A DNA stretch of 64,000 nucleotides. Source: Planctomycetota bacterium (GTDB lineage: Bacteria; Planctomycetota; JAJSAM01; JAJVHW01). A model generated the notes under the pieces. It was not told where the DNA came from. It did no database searches and was given only the letters and a program-made list of their open reading frames with translations. How positions within the stretch are numbered: position 1 is the stretch's first letter; every line of letters starts with the position of its first letter. Shown here in pieces: positions 1-12,552 of this stretch. The position numbers and the translations under genes were made by a program. The stretch lies in contig CBDFJG010000003.1 of NCBI GenBank assembly GCA_965248445.1, positions 800,001 through 864,000 on the forward strand. Direction: 5' to 3'.

Positions 1-481
1 TGAGTCCCGCCTCCACGGAGATCGAGCTCTCGCGCTTGAATGCGGCGAGCACGAAAAACGAGACGGTGACGACCTCGAGCGCGACGAACAACGACATGAA
101 GTCGTTCACGCTCGCGCAGAACATCATGCCGACCATCGCGAGGAGGCCGAGCGTGTAGAACTCGCCCTGCCCGCGCGGCAGATCCCGCACGTACTCGCGT
201 GACATCAGGAACACGAGGAACGCAGCGACCGCGAACGCGCGCTTGAACCAGAGCGCGAGCGGGTCGAGCACGAACGAGCCGCCCAGCGCCGACATCCCCT
301 CTCCGGAGGCTGCGTCGGCGATTGCCGGGATGAACGTCGAGAGGAACACGATGACAGTCGCGGCGACCGCGGCGCCCCAGAGCACCGTCTTGCGCTCCCG
401 CGGCAGCCAGAGGTCCCAGAGCATGACCCCGAGCGCCAGGGCGCACGCGAGGATCTCGGGGAGGAGCAGCTGGAGATTCAC
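1..481 (-). CDS. nuoN: NADH-quinone oxidoreductase subunit N (5' part; runs off window edge)
   Basis: GTG at 481, just after the nuoM stop. Translates to (M)NLQLLLPEI...GEFYTLGLLAMVGMMFCASVNDFMSLFVALEVVTVSFFVLAAF, typical of NuoN. Position after nuoM fits. Confidence 0.93.
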   Translation of the reverse strand, partial: MNLQLLLPEILACALALGVMLWDLWLPRERKTVLWGAAVAATVIVFLSTFIPAIADAASGEGMSALGGSFVLDPLALWFKRAFAVAAFLVFLMSREYVRDLPRGQGEFYTLGLLAMVGMMFCASVNDFMSLFVALEVVTVSFFVLAAFKRESSISVEAGL

Positions 482-482
482 G

Positions 483-2062
483 TCAGCGCTCCCTCTCCGC
501 GCGCCCCGACTCCCGTTCGGCACGCGCCTGCTGCGCCTTGGCGATCTTCTCCACGATCGGCGTGATGGCCGGCTCGATCATTCGCGTGATCGGCCGCGGC
601 CAGAAGCCGAAGAAGAGCAGCACCACCAGAAGGATGACGAACGGCGCGCGCTGGAAGATGCCGCGAGCGTCCTCGAGCTTGTCCCACTTCTCGTTGCGCG
701 GGCCGAAGAACACGTCGCGCAGCGCCCGCAGGAGGTACACGGCCGTGATCACGACCCCGAACACGGCGATCACCGCGTGCCACTCGTACCCGGCCTGCCA
801 GGCACCGACCATGACCATGAACTCGCTCACGAAGTTGGCGAAGCCGGGCACGCCGGCGCTCGCCATCGTCGCGAGCGCGAAGCACGTGGCCACCCACGGC
901 ATCTGGTGTGCCAGCCCGCCGAGGTCCGAGATCTTGCGCGTGTGCGTCTGGTCGTAGAAGAAGCCAATCAGCCCGAAGCAAAGGGCCGTCATGACACCGT
1001 GCGCGAACATCAGGAACACCGCGCCGGAGACGCCAATCACCGTCACGGAGGCGATGCCGAGCAGCGTGTATCCCATGTGCGACGACGACGAGAAGCCGAT
1101 GACGTACTTGATGTCCTTCTGCGCCATCGCCACGTAGCCGCCGTACACGATGTTCGCGAGGGCGATCAGCGCGACCCAGGGGAGCCAGGTCACGGCGCCG
1201 TCGGGCAGCGTCGGGAACGCCACGCGGAGGATCGCGAACGAGCCCAGCTTCATGAGCACGCCGGCGTGCATCATCGAACCGGCGGCCGGCGCGGCGGCGT
1301 GGCCGATGGGACTCCACGTGTGCAGCGGCCACATCGGGATGATGGCCGCGAACCCGACGAACAGGAATGCGAACGCCGTGTTCTGGAAGCCGAGCGTGAA
1401 GAAACCGGCGTCCGACGCCGCGATGACGTGATCCAGGTTGAACGACGGAAGCGCGGCCGGGTCGAGTGACTGCCGGTACTCCCACGTCTTGAAGTACAGG
1501 AGCAGCAGGCCGATGAGCGCGACCAGCGCGCCAGCCGTCAGGTAGAGCGTCAGCTTCATCGCCGCGTACTCGCGGTCCTTCGGGCTGCCCCACACGCCGA
1601 TCAGCAGGTACATCGGCACGACGGCCAGCTCGAACGCGAAGTACATGAAGAATAGATCGCGCACGATGAACACGCCGAACACGCCGGTGCCGAGCGCCAG
1701 GAACAGGATGAAGAACTCCTTCACGCGATCGCGGATGGCGTGGCTGCTCACCAGCACGCCCGTGAACATCACGATCGAGTTGAGGAGCACCATCGCGACG
1801 CCGATGCCGTCGATGCCGACCGCCCACGTGATCCCGATGCTCTCGACCCACGGCCGCACCGCGACTCCGGCGGTGTACTCCGCGAGCGCCGCCTCGCCGT
1901 TCGTCCCGAGGGCCATGTTGAAGAAGTACGCGGCGATGCCGAGACAGGCGGCGCCGGCGAGCGCCGCGACCGCCTTGATGGCCTTGTCCTGCTCGGCGGG
2001 GAGGAGCACCACGACGACCGTGGCGACCATTGGGATGACGACCAGCAGTGTGAGCAGGTCCA

Positions 2063-2063
<1 letters not shown>
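483..2063 (-). CDS. nuoM: NADH-quinone oxidoreductase subunit M
   Basis: 526 aa polytopic membrane protein; motifs GIDGI, FELAVVPMYLLIGVWG, WPLHTW, KLG; operon order. Confidence 0.97.
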
Positions 2064-4065
<2,002 letters not shown>

Positions 4066-4066
<1 letters not shown>

Positions 4067-4386
4067 CAGCCCCGCAACTCCGTCGCGTCATCGAGGGACA
4101 CGCCGCCCTTGACGCGGTTCAGCGCGATGATGATCGCCAGCGCGACAGCGGCCTCGGCGGCCGCCACGGCGATGATGAAGAACACGAACACCTGGCCCTG
4201 CAGGTTGCCGTGGTGCCGGCTGAACGCGACGAACGCGAGGTTCGCGCCGTTCAGCATCAGCTCGAGGCTCATCAGGATGATGACCGTGTTCCGCCGCGTG
4301 ACGACGCCGAACAGTCCCGTCGCGAAGATGAGCGCCGAGAGAACGATGTAGTGCGCGGTGGTGATCTCGGCGAGGAGGAGGCTCAT
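4066..4386 (-). CDS. nuoK: NADH-quinone oxidoreductase subunit K
   Basis: 106 aa; motifs LELMLNGANL and AAAEAAVALA. Confidence 0.97.
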
Positions 4387-4913
4387 ACCAGCTTCCTCTT
4401 GGTCAGGACCACGGCGCCGAGGATCGCCACGAGCAGCAGTACCGACGCCAGCTCGAACGGCAGGAGGTGCGCGTTGAAGAGCTGGTCCGCGATCGGGAGG
4501 ACGGCGCCCTCGAGCAGCTTCTCGCCGCCGGTGCGCGCAAGGATCGACGCCTCGTCACCGCCTTCGGTCCAGAGCACCCCGCCCGTGACGGTGGCCACGA
4601 TGAGCGCGACGAAGAGAACGCCGGCCGCCATGCCAAGAGACACCTGCGTGAGCTTGTCGATCCGCATCAGCCCGCTCGGAGTCAGGTTCAGCAGCATGAT
4701 CACGAACAGGAACAGGATCATGATCGCGCCGGCGTAGACGAGGATCTGGATGATGCCGATGAAGCCGGCGTCCATGCCCAGGAAGAGCACGGACATGCCG
4801 CCGAACGCGGCGACGAGCCAGAGCACGCTCGCCACCGCATTGCGGCGCGAGACGGCCATCATCCCGCCCGTCAGCGCAAGCGCTCCCCCCAACCAGAACG
4901 TCCAAGGATCCAA
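4383..4913 (-). CDS. nuoJ: NADH-quinone oxidoreductase subunit J
   Basis: QILVYAGAIMILFLFVIMLL and LPFELASVLLLVA. Start re-picked at TTG 4913 after a purine-rich RBS; GTG 4946 is an alternative. Confidence 0.95.
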   Translation of the reverse strand: MDPWTFWLGGALALTGGMMAVSRRNAVASVLWLVAAFGGMSVLFLGMDAGFIGIIQILVYAGAIMILFLFVIMLLNLTPSGLMRIDKLTQVSLGMAAGVLFVALIVATVTGGVLWTEGGDEASILARTGGEKLLEGAVLPIADQLFNAHLLPFELASVLLLVAILGAVVLTKRKLV

Positions 4914-4984
4914 CTCTTCGTCTTCCTTCGCGGTCTCCCGCTTCACCCGCGCCCCGATGCCCTCGGGGGCTGCCTCTTCGCGGC

Positions 4985-5539
4985 CTAGGTCAGGCCCTGT
5001 TCCTCTTGCTCGCGCTCGAGCTTCTCCCACTTGCGTGTGGCGTTGCGCACCCCTCCGTCCGGACCGAGCGTCTTGCCGATCTCGTAGAGCTTCTCCATGT
5101 CGAAGATCATCTCCTCGCGGGTCTGGCCGCAGATCTCGTACTCCTTCGACATGAAGATCGCTTCCTCGGGGCACACCTCTTCGCAGTAGCCGCAGAAGAT
5201 GCACCGGAGCATGTCGATGTCGAACACCTCGGCAGCCTTCTCGACGACGCCGTCGATCTGCTTCGGGATGATCGAGATCGCGCGCGGCGGGCAGACGTAC
5301 TCGCAGAGCGAGCAGGCGACGCACTTCTCGCGGTCGGCGTGGTCCTTCACGAGGACCGGCACGCCGCGATAGAACGACGGCAGCGTCCACTTCTCCTCCG
5401 GGTACTGCATGGTGGTCTTCTCGTGATGACCCGTGCCGAGCAGGTGGGCCATCGTGTGCTTCATGCCCATCAGGATCGCGGGCAGATAGAGCCGCTCCGA
5501 GAGCGTCAATTCGCGACGTTCGACCTTCACGTACGCCAT
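4985..5539 (-). CDS. nuoI: NADH-quinone oxidoreductase subunit I
   Basis: Two CxxCxxCxxxCP motifs (CVACSLCEYVCP, CIFCGYCEEVCP) and QYPEE. ATG 5539 overlaps the nuoH stop. Confidence 0.97.
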   Translation of the reverse strand: MAYVKVERRELTLSERLYLPAILMGMKHTMAHLLGTGHHEKTTMQYPEEKWTLPSFYRGVPVLVKDHADREKCVACSLCEYVCPPRAISIIPKQIDGVVEKAAEVFDIDMLRCIFCGYCEEVCPEEAIFMSKEYEICGQTREEMIFDMEKLYEIGKTLGPDGGVRNATRKWEKLEREQEEQGLT

Positions 5540-6708
5540 TACGCCATCCCCCGAACGAGCGCCACGCCGATCACAGTGAGCAACACCCACGCCAGCGTCA
5601 GCGGGAACAGCCGCTTCCATCCCAGCGTCATCAGCTGGTCGTAGCGGAAGCGCGGCAGCGTCCACCTCACCCAGATGAAGAAGAAGAGGAGGGCGAACAA
5701 CTTCGCGCCGAAGATCGCGGCGTGGAGGTGCATCTCCACGAGCGATGCCCAGTTGTACCAAGTGGGGTGCTCGGCGCCGTACGAGACGACCCAGTCGCTC
5801 ATCAGGTTCTCGAGGCCGAACAGCGTCCAGCCGCCCAGGTACATGACGATGAACAGCGACGAGATCGCGACCATCGCCGCGTACTCACCGAGGAAGAACA
5901 GCGCGAACTTCATCGAGGAGTACTCGGCGTGATACCCGGCAGCGAGTTCGGACTCGGCCTCCGGCATGTCGAACGGGTGACGGTTGGTCTCTGCGAACCC
6001 GGCGATCATGAAGACCAGCGCGCCGATCGGCTGCTTGAAGATGTTCCAGTCGAAGAACGTCGTCCACTCGCCGACCATTCGCGCGTTCTCACCGCTCCCG
6101 ACGAACCAGCCGTCGGTTTGCATGGCCACTACGTCGGTCAGACGCAGCGTGCCGGCGATGATGAACACACCGAGCGCCGACAGACCGAGCGCGATCTCGT
6201 ACGAGATCATCTGTGCGGTCGCGCGCACGGCGCCCAGCAACGGGAACTTGCTGTTGCTCGCCCAGCCGCCGAGCGAGATGGAGTACACGTGCAGTGAGCT
6301 GAACGCGAAGCACGCGAGAAACGCGGTGTCCACGTTGGAGATCCACAGGTTCTTCCCGAACGGGATGAACGCGAGCACCACCATCGGCGGGATGACCGCG
6401 AGGGCCGGCGCCAGCAGGAAGATCGGCTTGTTGACGTGCCCCGGCAGCACGTCCTCCTTGAAGATGAACTTCGCGAGGTCGGCGAACGATTGGAGGATTC
6501 CGAACGGACCCACTCGGTTGGGTCCCAGCCGATCCTGAATGAACGCGGCGCCACGGCGCTCGAGCCAGACGAGGCCCGAGACCATCAGCGGCACCACGTT
6601 GCCGATCGTCAGGACGAGGATCAGCGACCGCACGACGGGGTTCTCGGCGAGCCACTCGGAGAGCGACGCGAACATGCCCGCGGACTCGGCGGCGAACAGC
6701 GCGTTCAC
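5539..6708 (-). CDS. nuoH: NADH-quinone oxidoreductase subunit H
   Basis: Motifs QDRLGPNRVGP, AETNRHPFDMPEAESEL, RWTLPRFRYDQLM. GTG 6708 overlaps the nuoG stop. Confidence 0.97.
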   Translation of the reverse strand: MNALFAAESAGMFASLSEWLAENPVVRSLILVLTIGNVVPLMVSGLVWLERRGAAFIQDRLGPNRVGPFGILQSFADLAKFIFKEDVLPGHVNKPIFLLAPALAVIPPMVVLAFIPFGKNLWISNVDTAFLACFAFSSLHVYSISLGGWASNSKFPLLGAVRATAQMISYEIALGLSALGVFIIAGTLRLTDVVAMQTDGWFVGSGENARMVGEWTTFFDWNIFKQPIGALVFMIAGFAETNRHPFDMPEAESELAAGYHAEYSSMKFALFFLGEYAAMVAISSLFIVMYLGGWTLFGLENLMSDWVVSYGAEHPTWYNWASLVEMHLHAAIFGAKLFALLFFFIWVRWTLPRFRYDQLMTLGWKRLFPLTLAWVLLTVIGVALVRGMA

Positions 6709-8306
6709 GCGATGCCCCCGTCGGTGGAGACCGGCGCGGGAACAGGTGCGGGGAGCTGCTTGCCCAGTGGTCCCAGGCGGCCGAGCGTCATGCCGGCGAA
6801 CGCGGGAACGTCGTCCCCCATCGCTTGCAGGACGGCGTCGGCCGACCGTGGCGGATCTTCGCCCGTCAGCCGCGCGAGCAGCGAGCCGAGGATGCGCCAG
6901 TCCGGGCGCGCGTCGCCCGGCGGCGTCACGACGGGCTGGATGCGCTGCGCACGGCCGTCCACGTTGGTGAACGAGCCGTCCTTCTCGAACGCGGTCAGAC
7001 CCGGCAGCACGACGGTCGCCGCCTTCTGGATCGTCTCCGTCTCGTGGAAGTCGGTCACCAGCACGAAGTCCATCGCCGCGAGCGCCTGCACCGCGGCGGG
7101 ATCGTCGTCCATGTCCTCGCCGCAGAGGAACACCGCCTTGAAGCCGCCGCCGGCCAGCGCGCCGAGACCGCGGCCGCCGTCCTGCGGCGCGATCCCCATC
7201 AGCTTCGCACCCGCTGTGTTCGGGTTGCCGTCGCCGGTGCGCAGGATGTCGTCGGAGGGCCACGCGCGCGGCTTCGTGTCGCGATGCGGCGTCCCGAGTT
7301 CGTCGAGGATCCGGCGGCTGAGCCACAACTCCTCGTTCGTGAGGCGCGCCGACACGATCGCGAGCAGGTCGGCACCCGCCGCTCGCAGGCCGTCGGCGGC
7401 CGCGGCGAACGCCTCGTCCCACGTCGTCTCGACGAGTTCGCCGTCCTTGCGCACCATCGGCGCACCAAGACGATCGTCCGCCTCGACGTACTTGAAGTTC
7501 AGGCGTCCCGCGTCGCACATCCACCACTGGTTGACGTCCGCGTTCTCCGCAGGCACGAGACGCAGGATGCGGTTCCAGCGCGTCCCGGCGGTGACGTTGC
7601 AGCCACGCGAGCACGACGGGCACACGGTGCGCTTCTGGTCGATGAACCAGACGCGGCTCTTGAAGCGGAAGTCCGTCGACGTGAGAGCCCCGACCGGGCA
7701 GATGTCGATGGTGTTCATCTGGTAGGGGTTCTTCATCTCGTCACCGCGGGCCACGGCGATCTCGTTGCGGTCGCCACGATTCACGACGTCAAGCTCGTCC
7801 TCGCCCGCGATCTCCTCGCAGAACCGGACGCAGCGCGTGCAGAGGATGCAGCGCTCCGCGTCGAACATCACCTTGTCGGAGAACTCCACGTTCTTGGGCT
7901 TGTGGACCTTCGGGAAGTCGAAGCGCGAGCCGTCGGTTCCGAACTCGAAGCTGTACTCCTGCAGCTTGCACTCGCCGGCCTGGTCGCAGATCGGGCAGTC
8001 GAGCGGGTGGTTGATGAGCAGGAGTTCCATCACGTCCTGGCGTGCCTGCTTCGCCGGGTCGGACTGCGTCCACACCTGCATGCCCTCGCTGACGGGCAGG
8101 TTGCACGAGATCACGGTTTGGCGACCGCGGCCCGTGTCGACCTCGACCATGCAGATGCGGCAATTGCCGGCGACGGTCAGGCCCGGGTGCCAGCAGTAGT
8201 GCGGCACGTCGCCGCCCATCTCGCGCACGGCCTCGATGACGAGCGTACCCTTCGCGACCTCGACCTCGCGGCCGTCGACGATCAGCTTGACGGTGCCGTC
8301 GGACAT
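6705..8306 (-). CDS. nuoG: NADH-quinone oxidoreductase subunit G (short form, 533 aa)
   Basis: Fe-S motifs CWHPGL..GNCRIC, HPLDCPICDQAGECKLQ, CILCTRCVRFC..CPVGAL, CPSCSRGC..C. Confidence 0.95.
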   Translation of the reverse strand: MSDGTVKLIVDGREVEVAKGTLVIEAVREMGGDVPHYCWHPGLTVAGNCRICMVEVDTGRGRQTVISCNLPVSEGMQVWTQSDPAKQARQDVMELLLINHPLDCPICDQAGECKLQEYSFEFGTDGSRFDFPKVHKPKNVEFSDKVMFDAERCILCTRCVRFCEEIAGEDELDVVNRGDRNEIAVARGDEMKNPYQMNTIDICPVGALTSTDFRFKSRVWFIDQKRTVCPSCSRGCNVTAGTRWNRILRLVPAENADVNQWWMCDAGRLNFKYVEADDRLGAPMVRKDGELVETTWDEAFAAAADGLRAAGADLLAIVSARLTNEELWLSRRILDELGTPHRDTKPRAWPSDDILRTGDGNPNTAGAKLMGIAPQDGGRGLGALAGGGFKAVFLCGEDMDDDPAAVQALAAMDFVLVTDFHETETIQKAATVVLPGLTAFEKDGSFTNVDGRAQRIQPVVTPPGDARPDWRILGSLLARLTGEDPPRSADAVLQAMGDDVPAFAGMTLGRLGPLGKQLPAPVPAPVSTDGGIA

Positions 8307-9622
8307 CAGACCTCCACCGCCTCACGCCGTTCGCGCTGCGCCTTCCACACCGGTGAACCGCCGTTCGCGACCGCCTGCACGAAGTCATCGCGAAAGTGCT
8401 CCAGAAACGACTTGGTCGGCATGACGGCGGAGTCGGCCAGGAAACAGATCGTCTTGCCGGCTTGCGCGCCGCCGATCGTGTCGGCGACGCGGTCGAGCAG
8501 ATCGATGTCGCTGTCCTTGCCCTCACCCTTCCAGATGCGCTCCACGAGTTTCTCCAGCCAGCCCGTGCCCTCCCGGCACGGCGTGCACTGGCCGCAACTC
8601 TCGTGGTGGTAGAACTGCATCAGGTTGAGCAGCGCGTCCACCATGCAAGTGGTGTCGTCCATCACGATGACCCCCGCGGCGCCCGCGAGACTCCCCGCGT
8701 CCTTGACCGCGCCGTACGTGAACGGCACGTCGATGGCCGACGCCGGCATCACGGGGACCGACGAACCGCCGGGGATGACGGCCTTGAGCGCGCGGCCCTT
8801 CCACACGCCACCAGCGTGTTCGTCGATCAAGTCGCGGATGGTCGTCTTCGCCGGGTCGATCTCGACGTGGCACGGGTTCTCGACGTGTCCGCTGATGCCG
8901 ACAAGACGGGTGCCGGTCGTGTCCTCGTCGCCGATCGCCTTGAAGCCCTCGACGCCGAGTTCGATGATCGGCGGCACGCAGGCGAGCGTCTCGACGTTGT
9001 TGATGATCGTCGGACAGCGCCAGAGGCCCTCGACCGCCGGGAACGGCGGCTTGATCTTCGGATACCCGCGTCCGCCTTCGAGCGATGAGAGGAGTCCCGT
9101 CTCCTCTCCGCAGATGTACGCGCCCGCGCCCGGGTGGACCCAGACGTCGCACCGCCAGCCGGAACCCATGACGTTCGCACCGACGTGGCCGCTCTCGCGC
9201 GCCTCGACGAGCGCCGCCTCGAGCGCCTCGATCGAATGCGGGTACTCGCCGCGCACGTAGATGAACGCGGCCTCTGCACCGATCGCCTTGCAGGCGATCA
9301 GGCAGCCCTCGATCAGCAGGTGCGGCACGCGTTCCATGATCTGCCGGTCCTTGAAGCACCCCGGCTCGGACTCGTCGGCGTTGCACGCGAGGTAGGCCGG
9401 CTTGCCAGTGCCCTTCGGGACGAAGCTCCACTTGCGCCCTGCCGGGAAGCCCGCGCCGCCGCGGCCGCGCACGCCGGCCTGCAGGACCTGCTGCGTGATC
9501 GCGTCCGGCTCCATGCCGAGCGCCCGGCGCAGCGCGCCGTACCCGCCGTGCGACGCGTACTGCTCGAGGGTCTCGCGTGACCCGATCGGCGGCGCGTGCT
9601 GCATGAGGAGCGAGTGAATCAC
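8306..9622 (-). CDS. nuoF: NADH-quinone oxidoreductase subunit F
   Basis: Motifs GRGGAGFP, NADESEPG, GAGAYICGEET, ESCGQCTPCREG. Confidence 0.98.
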   Translation of the reverse strand: MIHSLLMQHAPPIGSRETLEQYASHGGYGALRRALGMEPDAITQQVLQAGVRGRGGAGFPAGRKWSFVPKGTGKPAYLACNADESEPGCFKDRQIMERVPHLLIEGCLIACKAIGAEAAFIYVRGEYPHSIEALEAALVEARESGHVGANVMGSGWRCDVWVHPGAGAYICGEETGLLSSLEGGRGYPKIKPPFPAVEGLWRCPTIINNVETLACVPPIIELGVEGFKAIGDEDTTGTRLVGISGHVENPCHVEIDPAKTTIRDLIDEHAGGVWKGRALKAVIPGGSSVPVMPASAIDVPFTYGAVKDAGSLAGAAGVIVMDDTTCMVDALLNLMQFYHHESCGQCTPCREGTGWLEKLVERIWKGEGKDSDIDLLDRVADTIGGAQAGKTICFLADSAVMPTKSFLEHFRDDFVQAVANGGSPVWKAQRERREAVEV

Positions 9623-10182
9623 TTGGCCCCTCCCACCCCGACACGATGCCCCTCGAGCGCCTCGATCGCTTGCGCCGAGTCAACGGGGCCGTGACGCGCG
9701 AACTGCTCGCCGGAGAGAACGAGAATGCACGGAGCCATGTCGCAGAGGCCGAGGCACTCCGCCGGCTCGATCGTGAACTCGCCGTCCTCCGTCGTGCCGC
9801 CCAACTCGATGCCGTAGCGGTCCTCGAGCGCGTCGATCACCTCCTGCGCGCCGCGCAGCCGGCACGAGAGTGTCTTGCACACCATGACCACCGACCGGCC
9901 GATCGGCCCGTCGCGGAACATGGTGTAGAAGGTGATCACGCCCTCGACGTGCGCTCGTGGGACACGCAGGTACTCCGCGACGTCCTCGATCGAGCTCGGC
10001 GTCAGCCATCCCCGCGCGTTCTGCACGACCCAGAGGACCGGAAGCATCGCCGCCGCGCGCTCCGGGTAACGCCTCACGATCGGATCGAGGCGTGCACGCA
10101 GACTCTCGAACGACGCCTTCGCGTCGGCGGCGGCACACTCCTCGGCGGAGGGCGGGGCGGCGTGGATGCCGGCGCCGCTCAC
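9619..10182 (-). CDS. nuoE: NADH-quinone oxidoreductase subunit E
   Basis: TFYTMF plus [2Fe-2S] motifs CKTLSC and ECLGLC. GTG 10182 overlaps the nuoD stop. Confidence 0.95.
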   Translation of the reverse strand: MSGAGIHAAPPSAEECAAADAKASFESLRARLDPIVRRYPERAAAMLPVLWVVQNARGWLTPSSIEDVAEYLRVPRAHVEGVITFYTMFRDGPIGRSVVMVCKTLSCRLRGAQEVIDALEDRYGIELGGTTEDGEFTIEPAECLGLCDMAPCILVLSGEQFARHGPVDSAQAIEALEGHRVGVGGAK

Positions 10183-11441
10183 CGGTCGCACTCCCCCATC
10201 ACGAAGTCGAGGCTGCCGAGGATCGCAACGGTGTCGGCCACCATCGCGTTCTTGAACACGTGCGGAATCACCGAGAGGTTCACGAACGACGGCGCCCGCA
10301 TGCGCAGGCGGAACGGGCGCCCGGTTCCGTCGGTCTTCACGTAGAAGCCGAGCTCGCCCTTCGGGTTCTCGAAGCCGAAGTACCGCTCGCCCGGCGGAAG
10401 CGCCGGCCCCTCCGTCACGACCATGAACTGGTGGATCAGTTCCTCCATGCTCGTGAGGACCTTCGTCTTGTCGGGCAGCGTGATCTTGAAGTTCTCGACG
10501 GAAATCGGCCCGCCGGGCAGCCCCTCGATCGCCTGTTCGAGGATGCGCGCGCTCTCCTTGATCTCGCCGATCCGGCAGAGGTACCGGTCGTAGGCGTCGC
10601 CGTGTTCGCCGACCGGCACGTCGAACTCGTAGTTCTCGTAGCCGAGGTACGGCTGCTCCTTGCGCAGGTCCCACTCGACGCCCGACGCGCGGAGACACGG
10701 CCCGGTCAGGCCGTACGACATGGCGATGTCCTTCGGGAGGACGCCCACGCCGACGAGCCGGTCCACCCAGATGCGGTTCCTTGTGAGGAGGTTCTCGACG
10801 TCCTCCTTCACGCGCTTCGGAATCTCGCGTGCGAAGCGCAGCACCGCGTCGGCCCAGCCTTCCGGTAAATTGCGCGCCAGTCCGCCGACTCGCGTGTAGC
10901 TCACGGTGAAGCGGGCGCCGGTGAGCGACTCCATGAAGTCGTAGATGCGCTCGCGTTCGCGGAAGCAGTACAGGAAGACGGTCATGGCCCCGACGTCCAT
11001 GGCGAATGCGCCGAGTCCGAGCAGGTGCGCGCTGATGCGGCCTAGTTCGCAGCAGATCACGCGGATGGCCTGGCCGCGCGGCGGGAGCACGATCCCGTTC
11101 ACCGACTCGATCCCCATCGCCACCGCGATGTTGTTGGAGATGGGCGCGAGATAGTCCATCCGGTCCGTGTAGGGGATGAACTTGTTGTAGCCGTACGTCT
11201 CCGCAATCTTCTCCATGCCGCGGTGCAGGTAGCCGAGGTCCGGTTCGGCCCTCACGATGCGCTCGCCGTCGAGGTCGAGGACGATGCGCAGCACGCCGTG
11301 CGTCGAGGGGTGTGACGGCCCCATGTTCAGCGTCATGTACTCGCCGTCGGGATCGTGGCGCAGCGCCGTCGAGCCGGCATCCGCAGGAGTCAGCGTGTGC
11401 GCCAGCGGATTGTCGTCCACCGTCGGGCGTGAGGTCGCCAC
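10179..11441 (-). CDS. nuoD: NADH-quinone oxidoreductase subunit D
   Basis: NMGPSHPSTHGVLR, GYLHRGMEK, C-terminal GECDR. GTG 11441 preceded by GGAGGAG. Confidence 0.98.
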   Translation of the reverse strand: MATSRPTVDDNPLAHTLTPADAGSTALRHDPDGEYMTLNMGPSHPSTHGVLRIVLDLDGERIVRAEPDLGYLHRGMEKIAETYGYNKFIPYTDRMDYLAPISNNIAVAMGIESVNGIVLPPRGQAIRVICCELGRISAHLLGLGAFAMDVGAMTVFLYCFRERERIYDFMESLTGARFTVSYTRVGGLARNLPEGWADAVLRFAREIPKRVKEDVENLLTRNRIWVDRLVGVGVLPKDIAMSYGLTGPCLRASGVEWDLRKEQPYLGYENYEFDVPVGEHGDAYDRYLCRIGEIKESARILEQAIEGLPGGPISVENFKITLPDKTKVLTSMEELIHQFMVVTEGPALPPGERYFGFENPKGELGFYVKTDGTGRPFRLRMRAPSFVNLSVIPHVFKNAMVADTVAILGSLDFVMGECDR

Positions 11442-11443
11442 GG

Positions 11444-12001
11444 TTACTCCTCCACTCTCTGCGCGCGGGCGATGCACCACTCGGCCCACTCGCGGTCGCT
11501 CATGCGGCCTTCCATCGGGAAGTCCTTGCGCAGGGGGAAGTCCTGGAAGATCTCCGGCATCATGATTCGCGTGAGGTTCGGGTGACCGCGGAACTCGATG
11601 CCGAACATGTCGTAGCACTCGCGCTCGAGCCAGTTGGCCGTTGCGTAGACGCCGGCGAGGCTCGGCGCCCAGATGTCCTCCTCGGGCACCTTGACCTTGA
11701 GCACCAGTTCCTGCCGCAGGCTCATGCTGCGCAGCACGTAGATCGCGCGGAAGCGCGGCTCCTCGCCGTAGTGGTCCAGCCCGGTCACGTCGATGAGGAA
11801 GTCGAAGCGGAGCGAAGGCTCGTCACGGAGGAACGCGATCATGTCGAGCAGCGGCTCACGGGACGATAGTTCGACGCGCCATTGGCCGGCGTTCTCAACC
11901 GCCTCGTCAACGGCGTCCGGCCACCGCTTCCGCAGTGCGCGAACGGCAGCCGATTCCGTGGACGCGTCGGAAACAGCGGGAGAAGAAACGCCGTCGGTCA
12001 C
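11444..12001 (-). CDS. nuoC: NADH-quinone oxidoreductase subunit C
   Basis: Motifs ANWLERECYDMFGI..GHPNLTRI and PLRKDFP. Confidence 0.96.
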   Translation of the reverse strand: MTDGVSSPAVSDASTESAAVRALRKRWPDAVDEAVENAGQWRVELSSREPLLDMIAFLRDEPSLRFDFLIDVTGLDHYGEEPRFRAIYVLRSMSLRQELVLKVKVPEEDIWAPSLAGVYATANWLERECYDMFGIEFRGHPNLTRIMMPEIFQDFPLRKDFPMEGRMSDREWAEWCIARAQRVEE

Positions 12002-12009
12002 GTGGTGCT

Positions 12010-12552
12010 CTAGTCCTTCTTCTCACCGCCGACGATGGCGGTGACACCGAGGCCCTTGTGGGCGCGCTCTTCGCTGATCGTCTTCTGCAGCTGGATGATC
12101 GCGTTCAGCACCATCTCCGGACGCGGCGGGCACCCGGGGATGTAGTAGTCCACCGGCACGACGTGGTCGATCCCCTGCATCACCGGGTAGCTGCGGAACA
12201 TGCCGCCGGTGGAGGCGCAGGCACCCATGGCCATGACCCACTTCGGCTCGGCCATCTGGTCGTACAAGCGACGGCACGCCTCGCCCATCTTGTAGGTCAG
12301 CGTCCCGGCCACGAGCATCAGGTCGGCCTGTTTCGGGGAGAAGCGCGCCACCTCGGCGCCGAAGCGCGCCATGTCGAAGCGCGACGCCGCGGTGGCCATG
12401 AACTCGATCGCGCAGCACGACAGCCCGAGGGGCAGCGGCCAGATCGAGTTGCGGCGGGCCCAGTTGATCACCGAATCGACGCGGGTGAGGAGGGCCCCGC
12501 CCTCTTCCTGGGACTCGCCTACGTGGAGCGCGGTCAGTTTTCTTTGTGCCAT
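12010..12552 (-). CDS. nuoB: NADH-quinone oxidoreductase subunit B
   Basis: Motifs GLSCCAIEFM, MGACASTGG, PGCPPRPE. ATG 12552 overlaps the nuoA end. Confidence 0.97.
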   Translation of the reverse strand: MAQRKLTALHVGESQEEGGALLTRVDSVINWARRNSIWPLPLGLSCCAIEFMATAASRFDMARFGAEVARFSPKQADLMLVAGTLTYKMGEACRRLYDQMAEPKWVMAMGACASTGGMFRSYPVMQGIDHVVPVDYYIPGCPPRPEMVLNAIIQLQKTISEERAHKGLGVTAIVGGEKKD

